From positions 1,364,001-1,428,000 of the forward strand of contig JBLDXI010000055.1 of assembly GCA_047495785.1 (NCBI GenBank): a stretch of 64,000 bases of DNA. The letters are read 5' to 3'. Numbering within the stretch: position 1 is the first letter of the stretch; every line of letters starts with the position of its first letter. A model generated the notes under the pieces. The model worked only from the letters and a program-made list of their open reading frames with translations. It was not told the origin of the DNA and searched no databases. Both the position numbers and the translations under genes were made by a program. The stretch comes from Lepidodermella squamata. Taxonomy: Eukaryota > Animalia > Gastrotricha. Shown here piece by piece: positions 24,601-36,888 of the stretch.

Positions 24601-27600
24601 GAACAGGTGCACCCTGGCAGCTACGGAATTCCCAAACCGTGGTACTTTTTGTTCACAAAATCTTACTGGGTCGGTTTGTCAAACTTGGACGAATACGACA
24701 CGCCTGGTTGCATTTCCATACTTGTCCGATTGTTTTATAAACTTACCAGACGGCGGCGGAAAATAGTTTCGCTAAATGATAATGATTTCTCGAAATTGTC
24801 AGAAAATGCTGACGATTGGTCTCAAAATCGTAACTACGAGCGAGATCCAAGTGGTTTAGTCCTTGGCGTTCATGTTGATCGTCTCAGTAAAGTTTACAAG
24901 AAAACAGGCAAGGTAGCCGTAAATGGTCTTTCGCTGCGACTGTATGAATCTCAAATAACTGGTTTACTCGGTCATAACGGCGCCGGTAAAACTTCGACCA
25001 TGTCAATTTTGACTGGTATTATACCACCGACATCGGGAACAGTTCGCATCTACGGCCTTGACATCGCGAAAAATCTTGACTCAATTCGAAGTTCCGTTGG
25101 CTTTTGCCCGCAACATGACGTGCTATTCGAGCAACTAACGCCAGAGGAGCATCTTCAGTTCTACAGCGGGCTAAAAAGCGCTCGAGGTTGGTCGAAGGAG
25201 GAGGTCGAAAAAATGCTGCGTGATGTCGGGCTCACCGCGAAAAGTTCGACCCCCGTGAATCATTTATCTGGAGGAATGAAGCGAAAACTGTCGATTGCTC
25301 TAGCTTTCATCGGCAGATCGCGATTAGTTATTTTGGATGAGCCGACAGCTGGCGTCGATCCCTACTCACGCCGCGCCATTTGGGATCTGATCATTAAATA
25401 CAAAAAAGGCCGGACCATTTTGCTGTCAACTCATCACATGGACGAAGCTGATGTTTTGTCTGATAGAATCGCGATTATTTCTAATGGCCGGCTGAAATGC
25501 TGCGGATCGTCGATTTTCCTAAGAAACACTTTCTGTGACGGTTATCATTTGGTTTGCGTGAAAGGCTCGAATCGACGATCTTCGGCATTAGCTACCTCAT
25601 TCATGCAGCAGTACTTGCCTTCCGCTTATCTGTATTCAGAGAGCAGCCAGGAGTTGCATTTCATCCTACCATATGCAGATCAAAATTTATTCGCCGGATT
25701 TTTCAAGCAACTCAACGATTCCATGTCAAATATCGGGGTAATTTCGTATGGCATCTACGATTCGACCCTAGAGGAAGCCTTCCTACAAATCACCCGCACT
25801 GCCCAGAGTGAAGAGGTCGACACTTTTATGGCGGATCGATCGATTCCGGATAACACGCCCAGTTCAGGGCGAAATGACGGCTCGATACAGATGAGACACC
25901 GTCCTCGCCTTGGCCATTCCCGCCAGTCCAGCAATGACTCGCAACGTATCGCTCACGGCTCGTCACATGCTAGGAATTCATCGCTCGATTCGGCGCTGAT
26001 AAGCGTCGATAAAACACCAATGCCGGAGAAGGATAACAGCAAAGCTGATGTGACTTCGTTGCTATCAGCTCAGGGGGTGACGTCAAGCAGCGGCCATCAA
26101 CGGCTTATTGAAGACGTATTTCGCCATCGCCGGCAAGATCGGCCTCGTTTCATACACCTGCGTCACTTCCGAGCTCTTTTCATCAAACGGTTGATCTACG
26201 TGAAACGAAACTGGAAGGTTTTGTTTTCGCAAGTCTTCCTGCCCGCGATTTTCGCTTCGATTGCCATGTCCATGGCGTTGGCTGCGCCGATTTTCGACGA
26301 CCCACCCCCGCTGGATCTGTCGCCGGCTCATTACTACAACGCAACTAAGCCACGTGGTCTTTACACAATTGTCACAAACTACGAGGGACCGGGCGATAAC
26401 CAGGTTTCCAGCCTAGACGGTTGGCGAGACGCCTCATCAGCCGATTTAGTCGACACGTTTTACTTACCGAGTGGAATATCTGCCGAGTGTGTTTTGAGTT
26501 CGAAACATATCAGCCCGCAGAAATTAGTTTCGGACGCGGACTATTTGAGTTACTTCGAGTCGTCTTGTTCAAGATCGTTCACTACTGGTGTTTCGTTGAA
26601 TCTACGAAGGTATCGAGATTACAACAATAAGACGGTCTACCCAATCTGCTCTTGCTCGCACGATTTTTCGACTCTGCAGTGCCCTGATAGCTACGAACGG
26701 CCACCGATTCATCGAATGGTAACAGGCGATTATATTGTAGACCTTGGGCAGCAAAACATGTCCCAATTTTTGCTCAATACCGGCGCTGAATATCGACTTC
26801 ATCGCTATGCGGGTATCGCGTTCGGTAACACCTTGAACCATATACCGGCGAAATTCGGTGAAGGGGCGTCGAGTGACATTCGTGTCTTGGCAACTCGGCA
26901 TGTGACTAATTACTTTTTCGAGCATCGCGGCTTTCATTCGATCCCGGCGTATTTGAACGCTATCAACAACGCTATTTTGAGGGCGAACGTTCAGAAAAAG
27001 CCGCAGCTGGGCAACCCGGCTGCCTACGGTATCACAGTTTACAATCACCCGATCAACGGTACGGATAAACTCGATTTTCAAGATATGGCGTAAGTTGGGC
27101 TGATAAATTGAGAAAGTTTGGTTCATGAATTTTTAAATAGGGTGCAAGGTACAGATATGATGATCGCTGTTTTCATTATCATCGCAATGTCATTCGTTCC
27201 TGCGTCCTTTGTCGTATTTCTCGTTTATGAGAGATCATTACTTGTGAAGCATACTCAGGTAAAAGGAGAAATGAACATTAGGGCAGCCCAAAATCGTAAT
27301 TTTCCAATTTCAGATTATGGCTGGACTACATCCTGTTGTTTACTGGATGGCAAATTATTTTTGGGATTTGATCAACTATTTCGTCCCAGCTGGAGCTTGT
27401 ATTGTATGTCCTGTGTGATTCAATTTTTTCAAAAATTTAAATTTCATTTCTAGTTGGTTTTGGTCATATTCCAAGTGCCGGCGTTCGTCTCTGGGCAAAA
27501 CTTGCCCGCCATTGCCTTGCTATTTCTGCTCTACGGCTGGAGTATGACTCCAATGATGTATCCTCTATCATGGAAATTCACCAACCCTAGCAATGTTTGT

Positions 27601-29344
27601 CTTCGTGTAAGGGTTTTTTGTTTCTAAAATTTTCATAATTTTTCAGGCTTATGTGATATTGGTTGTTTACAATTTGTTCATGGGAACGACTTGTTTGATT
27701 ACGAGCGTTTTACTGGACATGTTCCCTACAACAGCCCTGTTGCAATCGGCGGGTGAATTTTGCAAACTAGCTTTCCTAGTTTTCCCGTCGTATTGCCTGG
27801 GGCGCGGCATTATGGACGTGGCTATGAATCATTACAAAAACGAGTTCTTCTCAATGTCAGGTTGGTATAAAATCAACCTGAAATTCGGAAAAATATCTAA
27901 TTTTTGAATTGTAGGTCAAAACGACAAAATTCGGTCACCATTCGCGTGGGACATTACGATGAGAAATTATGTTGTCATGATTTTTGAAGGCTTCATATTC
28001 TTCGGCGTTACTCTCATTCTGGAATGCTTCTCACGCGGCGATTTTACGTGGTGGTTTAACCGCGGCAAAAAGCGCCGATCTTGGTCGCCGCCAAGCCTAA
28101 GAAATTCCAGCAACGATGACCCTGATGTAATTGCCGAGCGACATCGCGTGATGATGGGAAACACTGAGAACGACCTCCTCGTCATTGATGGCCTGACTAA
28201 GCAATACTCCTCGAAAAACGGCCCATTGGTCGCTGTCGATCGGCTTAGCGTCGGAATTCCACCTGGCGAGTGTTTCGGCCTGCTTGGTCTTAACGGCGCT
28301 GGAAAATCTACAACATTTTCAATGCTGAGTGGGATTCACACCGCAACAGCCGGTGAAGCCCGTCTCGCATCTGAACTGCTATGTGGCCCGGGTAAATCGT
28401 CGTCCGAAGTTCTTCGATCCGTCGGCTATTGCCCCCAGACAGACCCGTTGATCGATGAACTGACGGCTCGTGAGCATCTGGAATTCTACGCTAGGATAAG
28501 AGGAATTGATTCGAAACTCGAGTCGGGAGTTGTTACTTGGCTTCTCGAGCGAATGGGCCTCCAGCTGTATGCCGATAAGCCGAGTCGAACGTTTTCCGGC
28601 GGGACTAAGCGGAAACTATCAGCCGCTCTCGCCTTGCTGGGTGACCCTAGTGTCATTTTGCTGGACGAACCAACAACTGGCATGGACCCAGGTTCGAGAC
28701 GATTTCTATGGAATTTGATCCTAGAGCTGCGCAGTGAAAATCGCCTAATTGTGCTGACCTCACATAGTATGGAAGAATGCGAGGTCTTATGCAGTCGTTT
28801 AGGCGTAATGATTGCCGGAAATTTGCGCTGTTTAGGCAGTGCGCAGCAGCTCAAGGACAAATTTGGCAATGGTTATATGATATCAGTTCGAGTTCCTCCT
28901 GGCAACAGCCGCGATTTCGGCCGATCTGAATCTGTAGTTGAATTGCTGAATGTTGCCTTCGATCGGGCGGGTATCAGCCCAGCGTCTTGGCGTTTTATTG
29001 CTCAACGACATCAAATCGTCGAATTGGCGCTTTTAGATGCTCGGCCTGACTTGAGTGTTGTATTCAACATGCTGCTTGGGCTGAAATTATCTCGTAAAAT
29101 AGAAGATTTTTCTGTTTCACAGAATACTCTCGATAACGTAAGTTTCTCTATTTTTTCGAGTTAATCCTTTTTATAAACAATTCCGTAACAGGTCTTTCTC
29201 CATTTGGCGCAAGGAACTCAAGCTCCGAAGTCTGGTTCGCGGAGCTCGGTTTCAGAAGGTGTCGCCGTAGTCGACCCATCTGCAGTTGTGTGGGCGGACG
29301 ATGAGTTTGAAGAGATACACGATACTGCGGTTCTTGTCGCCTGA
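21647..29344 (+). CDS. ABCA2: ABCA2-like ABC transporter, copy #2 (multi-exon)
   Basis: Starts MRHFYQLKLLLWKNFLIKRRLP. Both NBDs have intact Walker A/B, signature and H-loop. Last exon VFLHLAQG...WADDEFEEIHDTAVLVA, stop at 29342-29344. Confidence 0.88.
23974..24632 (+). repeat. Near-identical segment shared with 31494-32152 (gene-conversion tract, TMD1 of ABCA #2)
   Basis: Ungapped at offset 7520; about 18 mismatches in ~660 bp by manual count. Confidence 0.9.
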
Positions 29345-29684
29345 TAGCTCGATGAGAAGCTAACTTCGTCCTGTTATCTTGCCGGTTGAAAACTGATTTC
29401 AAATTTTAGTAAATTTAGTCTGCTATAATCATTTGAACATTTTCTGAACTCACATTATTTTAGCCGTGTTTTGGAATCTTGATTGAAAAGTTTGTATTTT
29501 GAAACTGAAGGGGAATAAAGTTTGAATGATCGCGTGAAATTTGAACGCTATTTTTATTTTATTATAACTTGTTAGATCACTCGTGCCCATCTCGGCACGC
29601 GACGCAATTTTTGAATCATTTTCCAGTTTTAATTCGAGGACTTCTTACGAGGCGAATCTTCAAGTCAGAACCTCAGAATACTGA

Positions 29685-32600
29685 ATGGCGAGATTTTATC
29701 AGTTGAAATGGCTGCTGTGGAAAAATTGGCTGATCAAGCGAAGGCGACCGGTATCTTCGGCTTTATTTTACGATTTTTTCACGCCCTGAAAATTATTTCG
29801 TTCAATAGTTCACCTTGATTTTGGAAATCACGGTCCCTCTCGTACTTTTTTGTGTCATGAGTTTGATCCGGTACAACAACCCGCCTGTCCCTACTTTTAG
29901 CCAGAATTCCAGAGCAATGCCGCTGCCGTCGGCTGGTCTTATATCGATGCTTCAAGCTCTTTGCAGCGAAAACTTGCCATTCAATGGTGACGGGTTGCCT
30001 ATTTTAAATGAAAATTCAACGTAATTTACCACTTCAAGCCTGGCTATCAGATATGAATTTTGGAATATTTGCAGGCTCTATTCTTGGTTAGAAAAAGCTG
30101 ATGAGACAACACGGCGCTTGTCATCTGTCGATTTCGAAGAATTTTTCTCGAGCTATGCGCGCAGTGTTGATGACTTGGCTATCGTATTGCCGTTGATAGA
30201 CGAGATTATCAATGATCCGTCCGACAATCTGAAAATGGAGTCAGGAATTTTCGGTCGTCTTAGGCAAGACGTGAGTCTGAAACGATTTCTAAGATTATTT
30301 TAGAGCATGTTTGAAGTTGGAAGATTTCACTTTGTTCCACTCGATTTTGAATAACTTGGCCGAACTCGCATCTGCCTTTTCGCTTGGAGAATGCCAGCTT
30401 CATCATGGCGTCGATGACACATTTTCCTTCTCACAACTTTGGAAATTTTACGAAGGCATAAAACCAATGATTTGCCCTCATAATGGCACTTCGAAAGGGG
30501 TTGCGAACGATGACTCGCTTCATTTCCGGCGTGGAGTTGATAGGTACGCGTCTATCTGGAAAGAGCTGCTTCAAAGAAAACCGGAAGTTTTGTATACACC
30601 ATCGGATCATCCTGGAACACGAGCAATAATGAAGGCATCAAACAGAACATTCGAGCTGATAGATGAGGCTAATAACTTAGCTAGATCTTGGTCCTATTCA
30701 CGAAGCCTCGAACTCCATCAATATTTTTCAAAGGCTGAAATAATTGAAAAATTGGATTTAATATTTAATGTAAGCGCGAAAGTGTTTGGTTGCATAGATA
30801 ATTGTTGAGTTTTACAGGCACATGATAAATTGCGACATCGAAACGATACATTTTCAAGAGAGATTATCAAATTATTCCCAGAGGTCAATTTGTTTTTATC
30901 GCTGGAACTCCGCAACGCATCGGGTATCGAGCAACAACTAAGTGTGGTCGATAACGCATCTTGCTGGTGGATCAAAACGGTTTCAAAATTGGATCTCACT
31001 ATATTCAAACCTTACCATCACGAATATGAAGCTGTCGATTATGCCTTGAGCAGAGCTTGGAAAGAAAATGCGACAGTCTTAGCCATTGTCGGGTTCAATT
31101 TCACTGATAATGGCAGAATCCTCCCGGAAATTGTTGGCTACAAAATTCGAATGAATTCGACATTGCTGCCGAGTGTACGCAAAATTCGGCCTATCTATTG
31201 GTCACCGATTCCTCGCAATTGGGATTACGAATATTATTTGTAAGTTATTTGTTTCTTTCTCTACAAATTTCCTGTTAATGACGGGGCATGACAGATCAGG
31301 CTTTGTCTTCTTGCAAGACATCATCGACCGAGCAATTATCAGTGTTCAAGTCGGCCACAATGTTATGGAGCCTGGGACATTTGCGACTAACATGCCAATC
31401 CCATGCTATCTTTACGATACATTTCTATTTATGAACAGGTAGGTATGAACCATCAAATTTAACAAAATTAAAATATTTCGATTTTTCAATAGCATGATCT
31501 TGCCATTATGCATGACTATCAGCTTCGTTTATACCGCGGCGATCCTCGTTCAAAATATCGTTTCGGAGAAAGAACTTCGGCTGAAGGAATTTATGAAGGT
31601 CATGGGCCTCAGCAATGTCATCCATGGCCTCGCCTGGTTCATAACAGCCTTCATCCAGCTGTCGATTTCAATGACGATTGTCACGTTTATCCTGCGATAC
31701 TCGCAAGTGCTGCTGCACAGCAACCCTCTTATCATCTGGCTGATTCTGGAAATCTTCGCCATTGCCACGATCACGTTCGCCTTCCTCGTCAGTTCGTTGT
31801 TCTCGAAGGCGAAAATCGCCTCGGCCACCGCTGGCATGATGTACTTTCTGTCGTACGTGCCTTCGATGTGCATCGGCATTCGCGAGGACATTGCCGGCGG
31901 CGTCATTTCGCCCGTTTTCAAACACATCTCCAGCCTGATGTCGACGTCGGCGTTCGGTCTCGGCTGCAAGTACATATCGCTGCACGAGTCTGAGAGCACC
32001 GGCGTGCAATGGAACAACATCGGCGTCTCCCCCATCGAACACGACACATTTTCACTGCTGCATTGCTGTGGATACTTGATTTTGGACTCGGTCCTTTACG
32101 CAGTTATGGCCTGGTACATTGAACAGGTGCACCCTGGCAGCTATGGAATTCCTAAATCTCTCCTATTCTTCCTAAAGAAGGATTTTTGGTCTTATTCGCG
32201 TCTAAATGAAGCCTCAACCGCAGGTGTAGGCCGTGAAGAAAATATGTACGACGATTGCCCTATTAAATCGCCAGTTGGTGTCGAGGTCAGCAATCTCACC
32301 CAAATTTACAGTTCTTATGGAAAAGTTGCTTTGAAAGATTTTTCTTTCGTTTTATTCGAGTCACAAGTCGCTAGCCTTTTGGGGCACAATGGAGCAGGTA
32401 AAACTACACTGGTCTCAGTTTTAACTGGTGTTTTACCCCCAAGCTCTGGAACTGTTCGCATCTACGGCCTTGATGTGGTGTCTAATATTGAAGCTATTCG
32501 CCGATCAATGGGATTTTGTCCTCAACACGATGTTCTGTTCGAAAATCTGACGCCCCAAGAGCATTTAGACTTGTACTGTGGCTTGAAGCAAGTATCGAGC

Positions 32601-35600
32601 GGCTGCAAAGACGACGTATATCCTATACTAACGGAGCTGGGGTTAGAGGACAAATTATTAGTTCCAGTTAAAAACTTGTCAGGTGGAATGAGGCGAAAAT
32701 TGTGCATTGCTTTAGCTTTTATTGGAGGTTCAAAGTTGGTGATACTCGACGAGCCAACGTCTGGAGTTGACCCATACTCACGACGGGCAATTTGGGACCT
32801 TATTCTGAAGTTCAAAGCTGGCAGAACAATTTTAATATCAACCCATCACATGGACGAGGCTGAAGTGTTATCAGATCGAATCGCGGTAATCTCTAATGGC
32901 GAACTTAATTGCTTGGCATCGCCAATAAGTCTCCGCGAAAAATGTGCCGGCTACCATCTTATCTGCGTGAAAAATTCGGATACAGTGATTAACCAATCCG
33001 ATCGATTGGTCAATTTCTTTGAACGTTTTCTTACATCGGTTTCTCTGAAATCTGAGACGAAGCAAGAGATGCACTTCGTCCTGCCCTACTCTGATGTGGA
33101 TCGATTTCCTGGGCTCCTTGAACAATTGGAATCTTCGTTGAGCGATGAGCTGGGTCTCTACTCTTTTGGCCTGCGTGATTCGACTCTTGAAGAAGCGTTT
33201 CACAAGATCAACGGCAGTTTAAATGAGCCACCGGAATGCTCTTTGACTTCAGAATCTACGTCGCGTTTTCGATCTTCGCGTTCATCTCCTAATCACTTCA
33301 AACATTTTCGAGCGCTATTTTGGAAACGATTTCTGTGTGTCAGGCGAAGCTACAAGCTGATTTTCTCCCAGGTAGTCTTACCTGTGCTGTGCGCGACTAT
33401 AGCTATGTCGTTGACCTTGGCTACGCGTGTTTCCGAGAACCCGGCGCCTCTCAACTTGTCACCTGGTCAGTTTCACGGAGTAACAAAACCGCAAGGTCTA
33501 TTCACCACAATTGCTAATTACGAACCTGGCGAAAGTAGCAAACCTATAGTAGGACCTGATGGTTGGTCTGATGCGGACGCTACTGCTCTGCATGATAGCT
33601 TTCAATCCGTTACAGGATCGTTTCTTAGTAGTAATGACTCTTCGCGATATTACCCGATGTGCGTGTGCAGACGGGACTTTTCTGGTTTGCAATGCTCGGG
33701 TAATTACTCGAGACCCCCTGTCTATCGTAGGTCTGACGGCGATTTCATCGTCGATATCGGTCCGCAAAATATGAGCGAATATCTCATGTCCTCGGCCAGT
33801 GAATACAAACGCCATCGTTACGGCTCGATCACTTTCGGCAATGACTTGCATTATGTCCCCGAGCAGTTCGGTAATGGCACCACCGGCGAGCTTCGGCGTC
33901 TCATTACTCGCCGGGTTGTCAACTACTATTTCGAGCATAGAGCCTTCCACGCTGTACCTGCGTATCTCAATGAAGTTAATAACGCTATCCTGAAGGCGAA
34001 TATCAGACGAAAGGCAGACCTAGGCGATCCTAATTCGTTTGCTATCCGGACTTTCAACCATCCGCTGAATGGGACTGATAAAATTGAATTTCAGGACATG
34101 ACGTGAGTTATCCATCGAAATCAATTGAAATTTTCCAAGTGAGATTTTCCTGTGAACAGAGCCCATGGGACGTATTTGGCGGTTGCTATCTTCCTCTTGA
34201 TAGCCATGGCATTTGTTTCCGCATCGGTGATAGTCTTCCCAGTAAGGGAACGCACCATGCTGGCGAAACACCTCCAGGTGAGGGTCAAAATAGACATTAT
34301 CTGATTTTTCTCAATCTGCTTCGTTTTCGAAGGTGATGGCTGGTTTGGATCCAATAACTTATTGGGTGACCAGCTTTGTCTGGGACTTGTTGAATTACAC
34401 AATACCAGCTGGTCTTTGCATAGTGAGCTTCGATTTTTCTTCTTTATGTAATGAAACTTCCTAAAATCTAACATTAGGCTGTATTCGCGGCATTCCAAGA
34501 ACCAGCTTTTACCCATGGTTCTAATTTACTGGCCATTTCAATTCTGTTCATCCTTCAAGGCTGGTCGGTTATTCCAATGATGTACCCGTTATCATGGCGG
34601 TTTGATAACCCCAGCATGGTAGGAGCTTTCATCTAATCATTTTTCTAATCAATCTCTACTTTCAGGCTTATGTTATTCTGGTAGTCTTTCAAATAATGAT
34701 CGGTAGCACTTGCCTCATCTCGGCGTTTTACCTTGACACGTTTTCGGCCGATTCTAACTTGAGAAAAGCTCTCGAAGTTGTATTCCTCATTTTTCCATCC
34801 TATTGCCTGGGCCGTGGGGTAGTGGACATAGCAACAAATCATTACAAAAACGAATATTTCGAATTATCAGGTCTGAATTAAGAGAAAAAGGATGACTCAT
34901 TTTCTACACACTTAAACTCATGGTTCAGGGCAGTATGATATGGTTGTCTCTCCGCTCTCTTGGGACGTAACTCTTCAAAAGTACGTAATAATGGCAATCA
35001 AGGGTGTATTACTGTTTCTCCTCACCCTACTTCTTGAGGCCTTGCTACCGTACGACTTCTCCTGCGCCCGGCAATCTAAGAAACCAGCCTGGACTTCGCC
35101 GAAAAGTTGGAAATCCGACGATCCCTCAGTTAGAGCTGAAAGGGAGCGTGTTACTAAAGGCCACTGTGAAGACGATTTGCTGGTTTTGAAATGCTTGACG
35201 AAACTCTACCCGACGAAGGCCGGTCATCTGCATGCAGTTGACCGATTGTGCCTAGGCTTATCACCCGGCGAGTGCTTTGGCCTGCTCGGGTTGAATGGTG
35301 CTGGAAAATCGACGACTTTCTCAATGCTGAGCGGAATTACTCGTTCGACCTATGGCGAAGCTCTACTAGGCTCAAATTTGTTATGTGGGCCCGGGACTAT
35401 GGGTACAGCTCTCTACATGTCGATTGGATATTGCCCCCAGATGGATCCTTTGATTGATGAGCTGACAGCTCGCGAACATTTGCAGCTCTACGCGCGAATT
35501 CGAGGCATTGAGCAGGAATCTTCTGTAGTTTCCCATCTAATTCAGCGATTAGGACTTGAATTATACGCAGATCGGCCTGTCGCAACTTATTCAGGTGGTA

Positions 35601-36304
35601 CGAAACGGAAATTATCAGTCGCTATAGCTTTGATTGGGGACCCACCAGTGCTCCTGCTCGATGAGCCGACAACTGGAATGGACCCTCTGTCGAAAAGGCA
35701 TCTTTGGGACTTGATCTTAGAGCTTGGAAAGGAAGGTCGCGTCGTTATCATGTCATCGCATAGTATGGAAGAGAGCGAGATTCTCTGCACTCGGCTCGGT
35801 ATAATGGTCGCTGGTAAATTGCAGTGCCTTGGTAGCGCTCAGCAGCTCAAAGAAAAAGCTGGAAATAGCTACACTGCCATCTTGAGATTGCCCCAGTCCG
35901 CTGAAAATATTAATATTTCCGAAAAGATAGAAACGGCTCTGGGTGATGTTGGTTTTCAAGGAGATTCCTGGCGCTTTGTGGCCAGACGTCCGGCTATTCT
36001 AGAGCTTGCGTTTCATGACTCACGCCCTAATCTCGGTCGTATTTTTAAAGCGATGACCCAGCTAAAAACGAGTGGTTGTATTTTGGACTTTTCTGTGACT
36101 CAGCATACGCTCGAAAACGTAGGCGTTACGTTTTATTGATAAGATAATGACTAACCTATATGTCTGTTCCAGGTATTTCTGCGGCTGGCACAAGGCTCCG
36201 GTGATTCAAACTATTATCGTAGTAGTAGTGGCGAGTCTACCCTTCAACTAGACGTGGAGAGTGATAATAGTGTCACGGTGGCTGATTCACAGTTAATTGC
36301 TTGA
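29685..36304 (+). CDS. ABCA2: ABCA2-like ABC transporter, copy #3 (multi-exon, most divergent)
   Basis: Starts MARFYQLKWLLWKNWLIKRRRP. NBD1 has [17 protein letters not shown]; NBD2 has [17 protein letters not shown]. Shortened extracellular domains. Stop at 36302-36304. Confidence 0.85.
31494..32152 (+). repeat. Near-identical segment shared with 23974-24632 (gene-conversion tract, TMD1 of ABCA #3)
   Basis: Same alignment as above; the flanking introns and exons are clearly diverged. Confidence 0.9.
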
Positions 36305-36888
36305 ATGACATGGGCTCTAAACGGAATTTGATTTTTTGATGTTAACTTATTGGCGGCCTCGATGGTGCGCTCTGACACTCCCCACCATGGCCACACCAGC
36401 CTGGTAACGTGATAAATAAACGTAGTGGTGTTGTTATTGTTGTTGTGTCTTCGAAATCTGACCGGAAATTGCACCTGAATGCAGTGCAACGGTGTCAACT
36501 AAACGCTGGCGTTTGCACTTGATCTAAACTTGTCTTGGCCTGGATTCCGCAAGATCCCGTATCCTGTTGATATCTCTCGAGCTGCGTTTATATCTCCAGT
36601 CATCCGGTAAACGCATGACGGGGCGCTAAACTGGTGAATAACTCTTGAGTAAACACAAATATAAGAAAGTGCGAGACTTCCAGGAAGTACCCAATAAGCA
36701 CGCATTTTCGAGATAAAGGTCACATTTAATCGGAAAAAAACAAACTGCGATAAGGCTCGACATCAGAAAACCTAAATAAAACAATTGCCAGCGCAGTACT
36801 TGAGAGTTTGCGGCATTGTTATTCAAATCGTAATTTACGACAACCCAACTATTTTTCTTTGAAAGAGGAGTGTTGCAAACTATTAGCC

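Noticed and set aside
23988-32047. Duplicated alternative-frame and antisense ORFs (161/165 aa at 23988-24527 and 31508-32047)
   Set aside because: By-products of the GC-rich converted ABCA segment; substitutions are synonymous in the ABCA frame, so these are not separate genes
36244-36826. Short minus-strand ORFs between ABCA #3 and #4
   Set aside because: No recognisable domain and no convincing splice model
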